Positions 1 through 8,996 of a stretch of DNA of 51,508 nucleotides are shown one piece after another. A program made the position numbers and the translations under genes. Numbering within the stretch: position 1 is the first letter of the stretch; every line of letters starts with the position of its first letter. This DNA comes from Alphaproteobacteria bacterium (GTDB taxonomy: Bacteria > Pseudomonadota > Alphaproteobacteria > JAPULJ01): NCBI GenBank assembly GCA_027295145.1, contig JAPULJ010000119.1:1-51508 (forward strand). Direction: 5' to 3'. The notes below the pieces were generated by a model. That model had not been told where the DNA came from. It saw only the letters and a list, made by a program, of their open reading frames with translations, and made no database searches.

Positions 1-73
1 TCTTGTCTGCCCGCCGCACTCTAGCACGCTGGCCGCCGCCGAGAGGCCGCGCGGCGACTGCACGGCCTCGCGG

Positions 74-415
74 TTAGGCGACCATCGAGAATAGCCAACG
101 CGCCGGTCGGATCCGGCTGCCGAGCCGATAGCTGCCGCCGGGATGGGTGAACCGGTCGCGCATCACCACGGTCTCGCCTTTCCAGGTCCGGCGGTTGAGG
201 ATGAGGCAGGGCTCAGCCGGTTCGATCTCCAAGAGCGCGCATTCGCGCTCAATCTTCCGATGGTGGGCTGAAGGCCCACGGGTGTGCGGCAGAACACGGA
301 ATCGCGCCCCGGGAGCTGGCCCGCGATGACCGTATTTGATTTCACACGCGGCAAGTTGCCGGTATTCGGTGGCTGGTCGAAACACTCTGGCGAAGCGTGA
401 GGAGGCCTTTAGCAT
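74..415 (-). CDS. hypothetical protein, possibly a MOSC-like (YiiM-type) C-terminal fragment
   Basis: Minus ORF 74..541 shows coding-like third-position GC in its 3' two-thirds. The [14 protein letters not shown] ... [10 protein letters not shown] pattern resembles the MOSC core (a.leV..P..PC..l ... G.Y.rV). The N-terminal 40 aa look non-protein-like and overlap hutH, so I took the internal ATG at 415. Product call is from memory of the family only. Confidence 0.3.
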   Translation of the reverse strand: MLKASSRFARVFRPATEYRQLAACEIKYGHRGPAPGARFRVLPHTRGPSAHHRKIERECALLEIEPAEPCLILNRRTWKGETVVMRDRFTHPGGSYRLGSRIRPARWLFSMVA

Positions 416-1958
416 GACATCTCGGGAGACGATCCTCTTACAGCCGGGCGCGATCGCATTGGCCCAGTTGCGCAAAGTCGTCCGCGACGGCGCCTTCGTC
501 GCACTAGATGGCGAAGCCCGCGCTCTAGTGACCGAGAGCAACCGGGCCGTGGTACGGATCCTTGAGAGCGGGCGGACCGTTTATGGCGTCAACACCGGAT
601 ACGGCAAGCTCGCTCAAGTCAGCATTCCGCGCGAGCAATTGGCAGAGTTGCAACGCAATCTCGTCCTGTCGCATAGCGTCGGGACGGGACCGCTCATCGA
701 CGACGCTACGGTGCGGCTGATCCTGGTGCTCAAGCTGGCCTCGCTGGCGCAGGGCTTCTCCGGGGTGCGCTGGGCGGTCGTCGAGGCGCTCCTGGCGATG
801 CTTGAACGCGATCTCCTGCCGTGCATCCCGAGCAAGGGGTCAGTCGGGGCTTCCGGCGATCTGGCCCCGCTTGCGCACCTGGCGGCGGCGCTGATCGGCG
901 AAGGCGAGGTGCGAATAGGCGGCGAGCGCCTGCCCGCGGGCGAGGGCCTCAAGAGCGCCGGGCTCGAGCCACTGATCCTGGGACCGAAGGAGGGCGTGGC
1001 GCTGCTCAACGGGACTCAGGTCTCAACGGCGCTGGCGCTGGTCGGTCTGTTCGCGGCCGAGGATCTGCTGCGCGCCGGGCTGGTGACGGGCGCACTGTCG
1101 GTCGACGCGGCCATGGGCTCGACCACGCCATTCGATGCGCGCATCCACGCCGTTCGGCGCCAGCCAGGACAGAGCGCTGTCGCGGCGGTCTTCCGCGATT
1201 TGCTGGCGGGCAGCGCCATCCGCGACTCGCACTTGGAATGCGACCGAGTTCAGGACCCCTATTCGCTGCGGTGTCAACCCCAGGTCATGGGCGCGTGCCT
1301 CGACCATATGATCTTTGCCGCCGAGGTCTTCGGGCGCGAGAGCAACGCTGTCTCCGACAACCCGCTCGTATTCGCTGACGACGATGAAGTCCTCTCTGGC
1401 GGCAACTTTCACGGCGAACCGATCGCCATGGCGGCCGACGTGCTGGCACTCGCGATCGCGGAAATCGGCGCGCTCGCCGAGCGCCGTGTGGCGCTGCTGA
1501 TCGACGCCAATTTCTCCGGCCTGCCGCCGTTCCTGGTTGCCGAAAGCGGTATCAATTCCGGTTTCATGATGGCGCACGTGACCGCGGCCGCGCTGGCGTC
1601 GGAGAACAAGAGCCTCGCCCACCCCGCTTCTGTCGACAGCCTGCCGACATCGGCCAACCAGGAGGACCACGTCTCGATGGCGACATTCGCGGCGCGGCGC
1701 CTGGGCGACATGGCGGACAACACTGCCGGCATATTGGGGGTTGAGTTGCTCGCGGCCGCACAGGGGATCGACTTCCATGCACCGACACGCTCGTCCGACA
1801 TCCTCATGGAAGTCCTTTCGGCCGTGCGCGAGCGGGTCCCAGGCATGAAGCGGGATCGCTTTATGGCGCCCGACATAGCGGCGATCAAGGCGTTGGTCGC
1901 ATCGGGCAGGCTCAATCAATTCGTCACCGACGATCTCGTGCCGAGCCGCCTCCGCTGA
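414..1958 (+). CDS. hutH: histidine ammonia-lyase (aromatic amino acid ammonia-lyase family)
   Basis: ORF 336..1958. ATG at 414 is preceded by GAGGAGG (399-405). The [15 protein letters not shown] motif carries the MIO-forming Ala-Ser-Gly triad, [14 protein letters not shown] is present, and the 514-aa length is typical. Confidence 0.88.
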   Translation: MTSRETILLQPGAIALAQLRKVVRDGAFVALDGEARALVTESNRAVVRILESGRTVYGVNTGYGKLAQVSIPREQLAELQRNLVLSHSVGTGPLIDDATVRLILVLKLASLAQGFSGVRWAVVEALLAMLERDLLPCIPSKGSVGASGDLAPLAHLAAALIGEGEVRIGGERLPAGEGLKSAGLEPLILGPKEGVALLNGTQVSTALALVGLFAAEDLLRAGLVTGALSVDAAMGSTTPFDARIHAVRRQPGQSAVAAVFRDLLAGSAIRDSHLECDRVQDPYSLRCQPQVMGACLDHMIFAAEVFGRESNAVSDNPLVFADDDEVLSGGNFHGEPIAMAADVLALAIAEIGALAERRVALLIDANFSGLPPFLVAESGINSGFMMAHVTAAALASENKSLAHPASVDSLPTSANQEDHVSMATFAARRLGDMADNTAGILGVELLAAAQGIDFHAPTRSSDILMEVLSAVRERVPGMKRDRFMAPDIAAIKALVASGRLNQFVTDDLVPSRLR

Positions 1959-1966
1959 CCCTGCAT

Positions 1967-2047
1967 CGAATGTCCGCTATTGGCTATAAGCGGACGTTTA
2001 TGGCGCGATTTTCGATGTCCGCTTTTGGGGCTAAAGCCGACCGACAT
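1967..2047. repeat. two copies of a short hairpin-forming intergenic repeat unit (CGA(A)TGTCCGCT-TTGG...)
   Basis: cgaatgtccgctattgg (1967-1983) and cgatgtccgcttttgg (2013-2028) are direct repeats. Unit 1 contains the perfect inverted repeat gtccgct (1972-1978) / agcggac (1989-1995). The pseudo-translations MSAIGYKRT / MSAFGAKAD resemble a short repeat family I recall from alphaproteobacterial intergenic regions. Confidence 0.4.
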
Positions 2048-2111
2048 TCACCTTTAACCCATATCGACGAACATACATGCGAGATCACTAAATCTTGCCC
2101 CTCGCATCAAA

Positions 2112-2701
2112 TTAGCGAGCGGGTCCCATCGTGGTCGCATCAGCCGATGGAAATGCGGGCCACCCCACCGGGGCGGCAAACTTGTATTGATCGCTAGGCG
2201 CCGCGACCCGCTCCTTCAACTCCTCCAACTGTATGCGAAGCTCCGCGTCGGACATCCTCGACACGTCGAGCACTACGCTGCTCTCGACCTCCAGCTTGTC
2301 GCTGAAGCCACTGAGGCGGCCGAAGATGGCGATCGCCTGCGACCAGCGATCGGTGACTTCCTCGCGAACTCACGCATCGCCTCGGGCGTCGGTTCAGCAT
2401 CGAGGGTGCGCGCCAGGATTTCGCCGAAGGGCTGACGGCTCTTCGCCTCAAGAGCCAAAGCGATCTCGTCGCCGCGCATGGGAACAGGGTGGCCTATTAG
2501 TTGGCCTCCGGTTTGTTGATATGATGACGAAGCAGCGGATCGCGCCCGGCGCTCCAGGGCCCAGCCCTCGCTCATCCCCATGGTGGTGAACCACTTGCCG
2601 TCCGGCAGCCGGGCAGAGGGGAAACCATGTGATCTGATCCACCGCGCGATGGCCCACCGTGATCGGCCGAACAGGTGGCCGATCTGGTTGAGGCCGACCA
2701 C
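2112..2701 (-). pseudogene. phage-type helix-turn-helix protein (excisionase / terminase small-subunit Nu1-like), frameshifted remnant
   Basis: Frame A (GTG 2701 to about 2370) gives LNQIGHLFGRSRWAIARWIRSHGFPSARLPDGKWF, an HTH. High-GC3 coding then continues in another frame from 2369 to TAA 2112-2114 (REEVTDRWSQAIAIFGRLSGFSDKLEVESSVVLDVSRMSDAELRIQLEELKERV...). The 590-nt span is not a multiple of 3. Confidence 0.5.
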
Positions 2702-2911
2702 GACATTGTCATTGGCGTGCTGGATCTGGTTACGCGACCGTTGCCTGACTGGTGTGGTAATTATATCAAAAAATTTGACGATTGGCGAGTTGCTTATGCA
2801 CGGTTTCGATCGTGCATTGGGAACCGCTCTAAAACCGCGGCGGGTGAAATGAGGCGTTCGTCGCCAACGGTTCCGACCATCCGTCCTCCATACTCACCCA
2901 ATGGGTTCGGT

Positions 2912-3670
2912 TCAGGCGAGTAGGGCGGTGGTACCGTCAATCAGCAGCTTGGTGCCGATTAGGAACAGCGCAGCATAGGCAATTCGGAAAAACCATTTCT
3001 CCGGCACCCGGTGATGCAGCCAGACGCCGAGAAAGATGCCGACCACCGCGACCGGCAATAACGAGGCCGTCGCCAGCAGCGACTCCCGCGTGAACAGATC
3101 AAGGAAATAATAGGGCCCGATTTTGGCGTAATTGACCGCCAGAAAGAGCGTTACCGTGGTCGCCTGATAGACCGTCTTATCCAGGCGCTGGGGCAGCAGA
3201 TAGATCGCGACCGGCGGGGCACCGGCATGCGACACGAAGCTAGTGAAGCCGGCGATGGTGCCCCAGAACCCGCCCTTGGCGATGCTCGGCTGGGTCGGCT
3301 CGCGCGTCGCGGCGGAGCTCCGCAGCCAGTGCCGCAACGCGAACACCACAGCGATCACGCCGATCATGATGCGGATCGCCTCTGGGTGCAGGTAGCGGAA
3401 AGTTATCGTTCCAATCGCGATGCCGATTACCCCTGCGACCACCAGGATGCGCATGTTCAACGCGTGCCACTTGCCCCAATACGTCCACAGCGCGATCACG
3501 TCCATCAAGCACAGGATCGGCAACATCAACGCCGTCGCCATGGTCGGCAGCATGATCAAAGACAGGATCGGCACCGCCATCGACCCCATGCCGGCGAACC
3601 CGCCCTTGGAAATACCGGTCAGTATCACCGCCGGGACGGCAACGGCGAAGAATGTGATGTCGAAGGTCAC
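2912..3670 (-). CDS. TauE/SafE (TSUP, DUF81) family sulfite/anion exporter membrane protein
   Basis: 252-aa polytopic membrane ORF with a GTG start. The N-terminus VPAVILTGISKGGFAGMGSMAVPILSL and the internally repeated hydrophobic halves are typical of TSUP/TauE proteins. Confidence 0.8.
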   Translation of the reverse strand: MTFDITFFAVAVPAVILTGISKGGFAGMGSMAVPILSLIMLPTMATALMLPILCLMDVIALWTYWGKWHALNMRILVVAGVIGIAIGTITFRYLHPEAIRIMIGVIAVVFALRHWLRSSAATREPTQPSIAKGGFWGTIAGFTSFVSHAGAPPVAIYLLPQRLDKTVYQATTVTLFLAVNYAKIGPYYFLDLFTRESLLATASLLPVAVVGIFLGVWLHHRVPEKWFFRIAYAALFLIGTKLLIDGTTALLA

Positions 3671-4013
3671 TCGGGTTATTCCATTTTAAAGGCTTACCAT
3701 GTCGGTGTCGGCCCGTGATATGCGTCGGTCCAATAGCCCACATGTGTTCGACATTCGCCGGCCCGCAGCCTTATCTCCGGGGATGCCCGAGCTACCCGCC
3801 TAGGAATATCGCGTTCGATTAGACTGTAGGCCAGCAGTGGATAAGATCCCGAGCGATGACCCACGTCGTTGTAGTTGAGCCCGACGGTAGAGTGGCGCAG
3901 GCGCCCCTCGCCAGGGCCGAGAAGGTAGATCTCTCATAAGGCGTCGCCCACGGTCAGCGCAATCGTCTAGAGTACTTCCAGTTAAATTCGGTCGGCGAGT
4001 CGCAGGACGCATA

Positions 4014-5231
4014 ATGTCAGTCGATCAGATCATCATCGCCGGCGGCGGCATCGGGGGCATTGCCGCTGCGCTCGCGCTGAGCCAAAAGGGCCGGTCGGTA
4101 AAGCTGCTGGAACAGGCGTCCGAGTTTGCCGAAGTCGGCGCCGGCATCCAGATCGGTCCCAACGTGTTCAAGATGTTCGACGTGCTTGGCGTCACCGAAG
4201 CGATCAACGACGTTGCGTTCTTCCCCGACAACCTCGTCATGCGCGACGCCCTGACCGGCGACCGGATTACCAGCGTCCCGGTCGGCTCCGCGGCGTTCCG
4301 CGCGCGCTACAACTACCCCTACGGGGTAATCTATCGGCCCGACCTGCACAAAGTCCTGATTGATGCGTGTGCCGCCTCGCCACTGGTTGAGCTGCAGGTG
4401 AATCAGAATGTCGTAGGCTACGAGGATACAGGCAAGAAAGTGCGCGTTTTCACCGAAACCGGAACGACCCACGAAGGCGCGGCACTGATCGGCGCGGACG
4501 GACTGTGGTCGGCGGTGCGCGGACAGCTTGTGGGCGATGGGAAACCGCTTGTTTCTGGCCACATCGCCTACAGGGCAGTTCTACCCATTGCGGAGGTGCC
4601 GGCGCATATCGACCAGAACAACATCGTGTTGTGGGCCGGTCCGAAGACCCATCTGGTACACTATCCCCTGCACCGTGGCGACATCTTTAACCTGGTCGCG
4701 GTTTTCCACAGCGATCGTTACGAGGAGGGCTGGGACACTTACGGCGATCCGGAGGAGTTGAATGCTCGCTTCCAGGGCGAGCACGAAGACGTTCTCACCA
4801 TGCTCGGCAAGATCGAGAGCTGGCGCATGTGGGTGCTTTGTGATCGCGAGCCGATCCGAGATTGGAGCCGGGGGCGGGTAACGTTGCTGGGAGATGCCGC
4901 TCATCCGATGCTTCAATATTTGGCGCAGGGCGCGTGCATGGCTACAGAGGACGGCGTTTGCTTGGCGACCAGCGTCGCGGCCTCCGGTGATGATTTTGAG
5001 ACTGCCTTCATGGAATATCAGCAGCTGCGGTATCTGCGCACCGCGCGCGTCCAACTTACGGCGCGTCTGTTCGGCGACATCTATCACGCCGCGGGCGCAA
5101 CGGCGGATCTGCGCAGCGCGATGCTTGGCGTCCAGGACCCAACGAAACCGGGCGAAGGCATGGCTTGGTTATATGAGGGCCTCGATGACACCGGCGCGCA
5201 GCAGTTCAAGCCCGGCGGTGGAGGTAGATAG
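4014..5231 (+). CDS. FAD-dependent aromatic-ring monooxygenase (salicylate / 3-hydroxybenzoate 6-hydroxylase family)
   Basis: Has the GGGIGG dinucleotide fold at the N-terminus, the ADGLWSAVR motif and the LLGDAAHPMLQYLAQGACMATEDG FAD-binding motif. Length is 405 aa. Confidence 0.85.
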   Translation: MSVDQIIIAGGGIGGIAAALALSQKGRSVKLLEQASEFAEVGAGIQIGPNVFKMFDVLGVTEAINDVAFFPDNLVMRDALTGDRITSVPVGSAAFRARYNYPYGVIYRPDLHKVLIDACAASPLVELQVNQNVVGYEDTGKKVRVFTETGTTHEGAALIGADGLWSAVRGQLVGDGKPLVSGHIAYRAVLPIAEVPAHIDQNNIVLWAGPKTHLVHYPLHRGDIFNLVAVFHSDRYEEGWDTYGDPEELNARFQGEHEDVLTMLGKIESWRMWVLCDREPIRDWSRGRVTLLGDAAHPMLQYLAQGACMATEDGVCLATSVAASGDDFETAFMEYQQLRYLRTARVQLTARLFGDIYHAAGATADLRSAMLGVQDPTKPGEGMAWLYEGLDDTGAQQFKPGGGGR

Positions 5232-5663
5232 CGAGGAAATAGTTCCAACCGCGACGCACTTGTGGGGTCCATCAAATTGGCGAGAGCGGGTCCCCAGGAC
5301 GGGATCGTGTTCGCTGGTCGGACCCACCCCACCCCCGCCCGGTCGGGCTCAGTCCGGGCGTTTTCGACTTCGTATTGGGTTGGCAATCTGCTCGTTGCAT
5401 CCCAACCGTCAATTGGACAAGATGGGTGGATGGTGGAACGAGTGCCAAATGGGTTTTCTCGGAACAATTGACGTTACCCTGCCGGGCCGAAATCCGCCCG
5501 ATGCGCGTCAGATTACACCCAAGCCTGCGCGCCCACTGACTTTCTATCGCCGGGCGGCCGGGTGAGTGTTACGGGCCGGCGCCGCGCTGGCATGAGTGTG
5601 GAGACCGGGACGACTGCGGGCGGGGTCGAGGTTCTAGCTCGCGACGTGAGGGAGACGGAAGCG

Positions 5664-6551
5664 ATGGCAGCGGACCGCTTTCACGTGAAGATCGCGCCCC
5701 AGGGCATGAGCCTCAACGACTTCGTGGCCATGGAGGAGAGTCTTTTCTCCCAGCAGGGGCTCGACGTCGAGTTCGACATGACGATCTTTCGCGGCACCCA
5801 GTCGAGCTGGAAGAATATGGATTACTTCGAGCGGCCGCAGGACAAGCCTTTCGCCGACGGCGAAGAAGTGATCCAGGGCGCGTGCGAGTGAGGCAGCATC
5901 TGCAATGCGAGCGCCGGCATGGGCTGCTTCGTTCCTAATGCCTACGGCCTCTCGCCATGGGCGATCTACGTGCGCCCCGATTCGAAGATCAATAAACCGG
6001 AGGATCTCAAGGACGTGCCAGTCGCGGTCGGCATGCGGGCGGGCAGCTATTTTAATGTGCCCTATCGCCTCGAGAAGTACCTCTCCCTCGATCACATTAA
6101 GTGCGAGAACGTGGGCGGCTTTAGCGTGCGGCTCGAGGCGCTGATCGATGAGGTGATCGAGGCGGCAAGTCTGCTGCCGCCGCAAATCGACATGGCTGAG
6201 CAGCTCGGCATGCGCGCGGTCATCGCCGATACTTTCCGGACTTTGTGGTGGGTGCCCGAGGGCATGCCGCGGGCAGCGGTCAAAGGCTACCTCGACGCGC
6301 TCCAGGCGGCCGAGGAACTGCTCAAAGCGGACTTGCCGAAGTACCTGCCCCTATGGAAGCACTCGGTCCCGATCAAGTTCTCCGACCGGGATTGGGCCTT
6401 CTCCAAATTCAGCCGTGGCGAGCGCTTCGTCTACGAGAACTTCCCGCGCGATGACATCGACGGCAGCTTTTATCAGGTCAAGCGCTGGAATCTCGACCAG
6501 TACATCAAGGACCAGACCTACCAGAATCTGATCTACCCGATTCGGCCCTAG
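5664..6551 (+). pseudogene. NMT1/THI5-like (SsuA-fold) protein without signal peptide, interrupted by one in-frame TGA
   Basis: ORFs 5562..5891 and 5919..6551 are in the same frame and are separated only by TGA 5889-5891 (..QGACE*GSICNASAGMGCF..). The likely start is ATG 5664 after GGGAGA. Fold assignment is from general resemblance only. Confidence 0.55.
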
Positions 6552-6822
6552 GCGCCGGCGGCGCTTGCGATGACGAGGTTAATGCCGGCGCGGCTATTGC
6601 ACGAGCTTCAACACCGATGACTAATAGTCGCAGTTGCCTATGCTGGCGCCTTCAAATATGCCCGGTTCGGCAATCCACTTAAAGGATTCGTCAAAGGTTT
6701 CCTCAGTGTAGGCTCGAATACGATGCGTTCACCCGGGCCCCAGTGACGGGTGCCCAACAGACGGCATCCAATTTATCGCATCAACCTGGATTACGTTCCA
6801 ATGCTTACCTAGCGCTTACCCG

Positions 6823-6856
6823 ATAAAAAAGGGCCTAGCCGTTTCTGGCTGACCCT
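6823..6856 (-). terminator. rho-independent terminator downstream of tRNA-Val
   Basis: On the minus strand, gggtcagcc-agaaac-ggctaggccc forms an imperfect hairpin (6831-6856). It is followed by TTTTTT (A-run 6825-6830 on plus), directly 3' of the tRNA. Confidence 0.6.
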
Positions 6857-6866
6857 TTGATTTAAA

Positions 6867-6941
6867 TGGTGGGCGCGGCTGGGATTGAACCAGCGACCCC
6901 TACGATGTCAACGTTGTGCTCTCCCGCTGAGCTACGCGCCC
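6867..6941 (-). tRNA. tRNA-Val (anticodon GAC)
   Basis: The reverse complement GGGCGCGTAGCTCAGCGGGAGAGCACAACGTTGACATCGTAGGGGTCGCTGGTTCAATCCCAGCCGCGCCCACCA folds as a 75-nt cloverleaf. It has a 7-bp acceptor stem, a GCTC/GAGC D stem, a GCTGG/CCAGC T stem with TTCAATC loop, the anticodon loop TTGACAT and an encoded CCA. There is one A-A mismatch in the anticodon stem. Confidence 0.88.
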
Positions 6942-7062
6942 TTGCAACGGCCAATCGACATCATCGACCGCGCCGTATCGTTGGAGAATCGGTTATCCTT
7001 CAATCGTGGCGACTTTGCAACCCCGGCCGTCTGCAGGGTTATGGTGCTCGAATATTGCCGCT

Positions 7063-7422
7063 TCAAGCCGCCAGCATGCGATCGATCTCGGCGACGATCT
7101 CGCGTAAGTGGAAGGGTTTTGAAAGCACGCGCGCATCGCGCGGCGCCGTCTCACGCGCCTTCAAAGCGACCGCGGCAAAGCCGGTAATGAACATGACCCG
7201 GATCGCCGGCTGGGCGGTGCCCGCGCGGCGCGCGAGTTCGATCCCATCGATACCCGGCATGACGATGTCGGCGATCAGAAGATCGTATTCCTTGTCGTTG
7301 ACAGCGCTCTCGGCGCTGAGGCCATCGCCGACGGAATCCACAGTGTGCCCGGCGCGTACCAACGCACCGGCGAGAAAACGCCGCATCGCTTCGTCGTCTT
7401 CGGCAAGAAGTATTCTAGCCAC
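7063..7422 (-). CDS. cpdR: single-domain response regulator CpdR-like
   Basis: Receiver domain with RILLAEDDEAMRRFL, LLIADIVMPGIDGIELARRA, MFITGFAAVAL and SKPFHLREIV, closely resembling CpdR as I remember it. GTG at 7422 after AAGGA gives 119 aa; the ORF track's TTG at 7449 is less likely. Confidence 0.75.
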   Translation of the reverse strand: MARILLAEDDEAMRRFLAGALVRAGHTVDSVGDGLSAESAVNDKEYDLLIADIVMPGIDGIELARRAGTAQPAIRVMFITGFAAVALKARETAPRDARVLSKPFHLREIVAEIDRMLAA

Positions 7423-7597
7423 GAACGCTATCCCATCCTTGATCAACAACCTAAGAATTGCATGCTAACTATTCTTGCGTTGCCAAAGTGTAAAGAGAGT
7501 CCCCGCAGACGCAAGCCCCAGAGGACAATTTTTCACGATTGATTTATCATATCATGGGGGCGCGTGACAGCGGCCGCACGATGGTCTATTTGGTCTT

Positions 7598-8503
7598 GTG
7601 ATGGATACGCTCGCGCAGTTCGCCGCCCTCAGCGCATGCCCGTGCGATACCCTCGCCGGCGAGGCGCAGACTGTACCGATAATATTCGCCTCCCCGCACA
7701 GCGGTCGCGACTATCCCGCCTCGTTCGTTGCCGCCTCCCGCCTCGATCCGCTGACCCTGCGGCGCTCGGAGGATTCCTTCGTCGACGAGTTGTTCGTGGC
7801 CGCCCCCAATCTCGGCGCGCCGCTGCTGCGGGCGCTGTTTCCGCGCGCCTATGTCGACCCCAACCGCGAGCCCTATGAGCTCGACCCTTCAATGTTCGAT
7901 GGCGACCTGCCCGATGAGGCCAACACCACCTCGCCACGGGTGGCGGCCGGGCTCGGCACGATTGCCCGGGTCGTTTCCAGCGGCGCGGAGATCTACGATG
8001 GCAAGCTCAGCGTCGACGATGCACTGCGCCGGATCGAGACCTTCTATCGACCCTACCATGCCGAACTCCGCCGTCTGGTTGAGCGAACCAAAGCCAAGTT
8101 CGGGGCGGCCCTTCTGGTCGACTGCCATTCGATGCCCTCGGTCGGCGGGCCGATGGATCAGGATCCAGGCCTCAAGCGGGTCGATTTCGTGCTCGGGGAC
8201 GCTCACGGCGCATCCTGCGCACCAGCCCTGAGCGATGCGGTCGGCACTTTCCTGCACGATGCCGGTTACATCGTCACCCGAAATGCACCTTACGCCGGCG
8301 GATTTACGACACGCCACTACGGCCGACCCAGCGAGGGCGTCCACGCCCTGCAGATCGAGATCAATCGGGCGCTCTACATGAACGAGGCCACGTACGAAAG
8401 AAAACCCTATTTCGCAACCCTCGCCCGGCACATGGGCGAACTCGCTGGTGTCCTCTCCGATCTCGACCCGTGCAGACTGGTGGCCGATGGACCCAGCGCC
8501 TAG
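7598..8503 (+). CDS. N-formylglutamate amidohydrolase family protein
   Basis: The IIFASPHSGRDYP and LLVDCHSMPS motifs and the ~300-aa length are typical of the FGase family. The start could be GTG 7598 or ATG 7601. Confidence 0.8.
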   Translation: MMDTLAQFAALSACPCDTLAGEAQTVPIIFASPHSGRDYPASFVAASRLDPLTLRRSEDSFVDELFVAAPNLGAPLLRALFPRAYVDPNREPYELDPSMFDGDLPDEANTTSPRVAAGLGTIARVVSSGAEIYDGKLSVDDALRRIETFYRPYHAELRRLVERTKAKFGAALLVDCHSMPSVGGPMDQDPGLKRVDFVLGDAHGASCAPALSDAVGTFLHDAGYIVTRNAPYAGGFTTRHYGRPSEGVHALQIEINRALYMNEATYERKPYFATLARHMGELAGVLSDLDPCRLVADGPSA

Positions 8504-8996
8504 CGGGTAGAATCCAACATTGGGTATTCATATGACGGGTTTCCGGTTTCACCCGGCTATGCGCGTGATGCCGGCCGATACAGCGCGGGCTGCGCGCCGC
8601 TGTAAACACGGCAAACTATTGATAGATTACTGCGACCGGCCAATCGGCATTAGGCAAAGGAAGGGGCCGCGCTTATTCCGCGCGGCCCAAGTCTAGGGAG
8701 GAAACGCTTTAGAAGCGTATCTGCGCTATCGAGGCCATCTGCAAACACCCTCGATATCGCACTGCACAATATAAGGGTGCGCGAGATTAATTCAATCACA
8801 AGGACCTTCTTTTTTCCCAATCCAAGCCCATAATTACGCATCACTATAGCCGAAGGAACGGTCACTTCGCAGGCATAATATTGCATCGCAGCGAACACAC
8901 GAGCAGCTGCGGCAGCCAAATGCCGCCGAACCATTGCAACCCCGACACTTTCACTGGCACGCGGATTGCTCTCTTCACCTATTGGAGGGAGTAGCC

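Noticed and set aside
1023-1919. 298-aa minus-strand ORF, plus 1409..1915 and others, overlapping hutH
   Set aside because: These are antisense shadow ORFs typical of high-GC DNA. The translations are Arg/Ala/Gly/Pro-rich nonsense, and the opposite strand carries a clearly identifiable gene.
3800-4012. 70-aa minus ORF between the TauE gene and the monooxygenase gene, considered as a possible regulator
   Set aside because: It has an Arg/Leu/Ser-rich non-protein-like translation and no HTH. The region is more likely a divergent promoter.
5889-5891. Selenocysteine (UGA) codon in the NMT1-like gene
   Set aside because: This is not adopted as the primary call. The context reads like a Trp position (CEWG), the downstream pairing ggcagc/gctgct is weak and unlike a canonical bacterial SECIS, and no sel genes are visible in the window. 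It is kept only as a check under findings.
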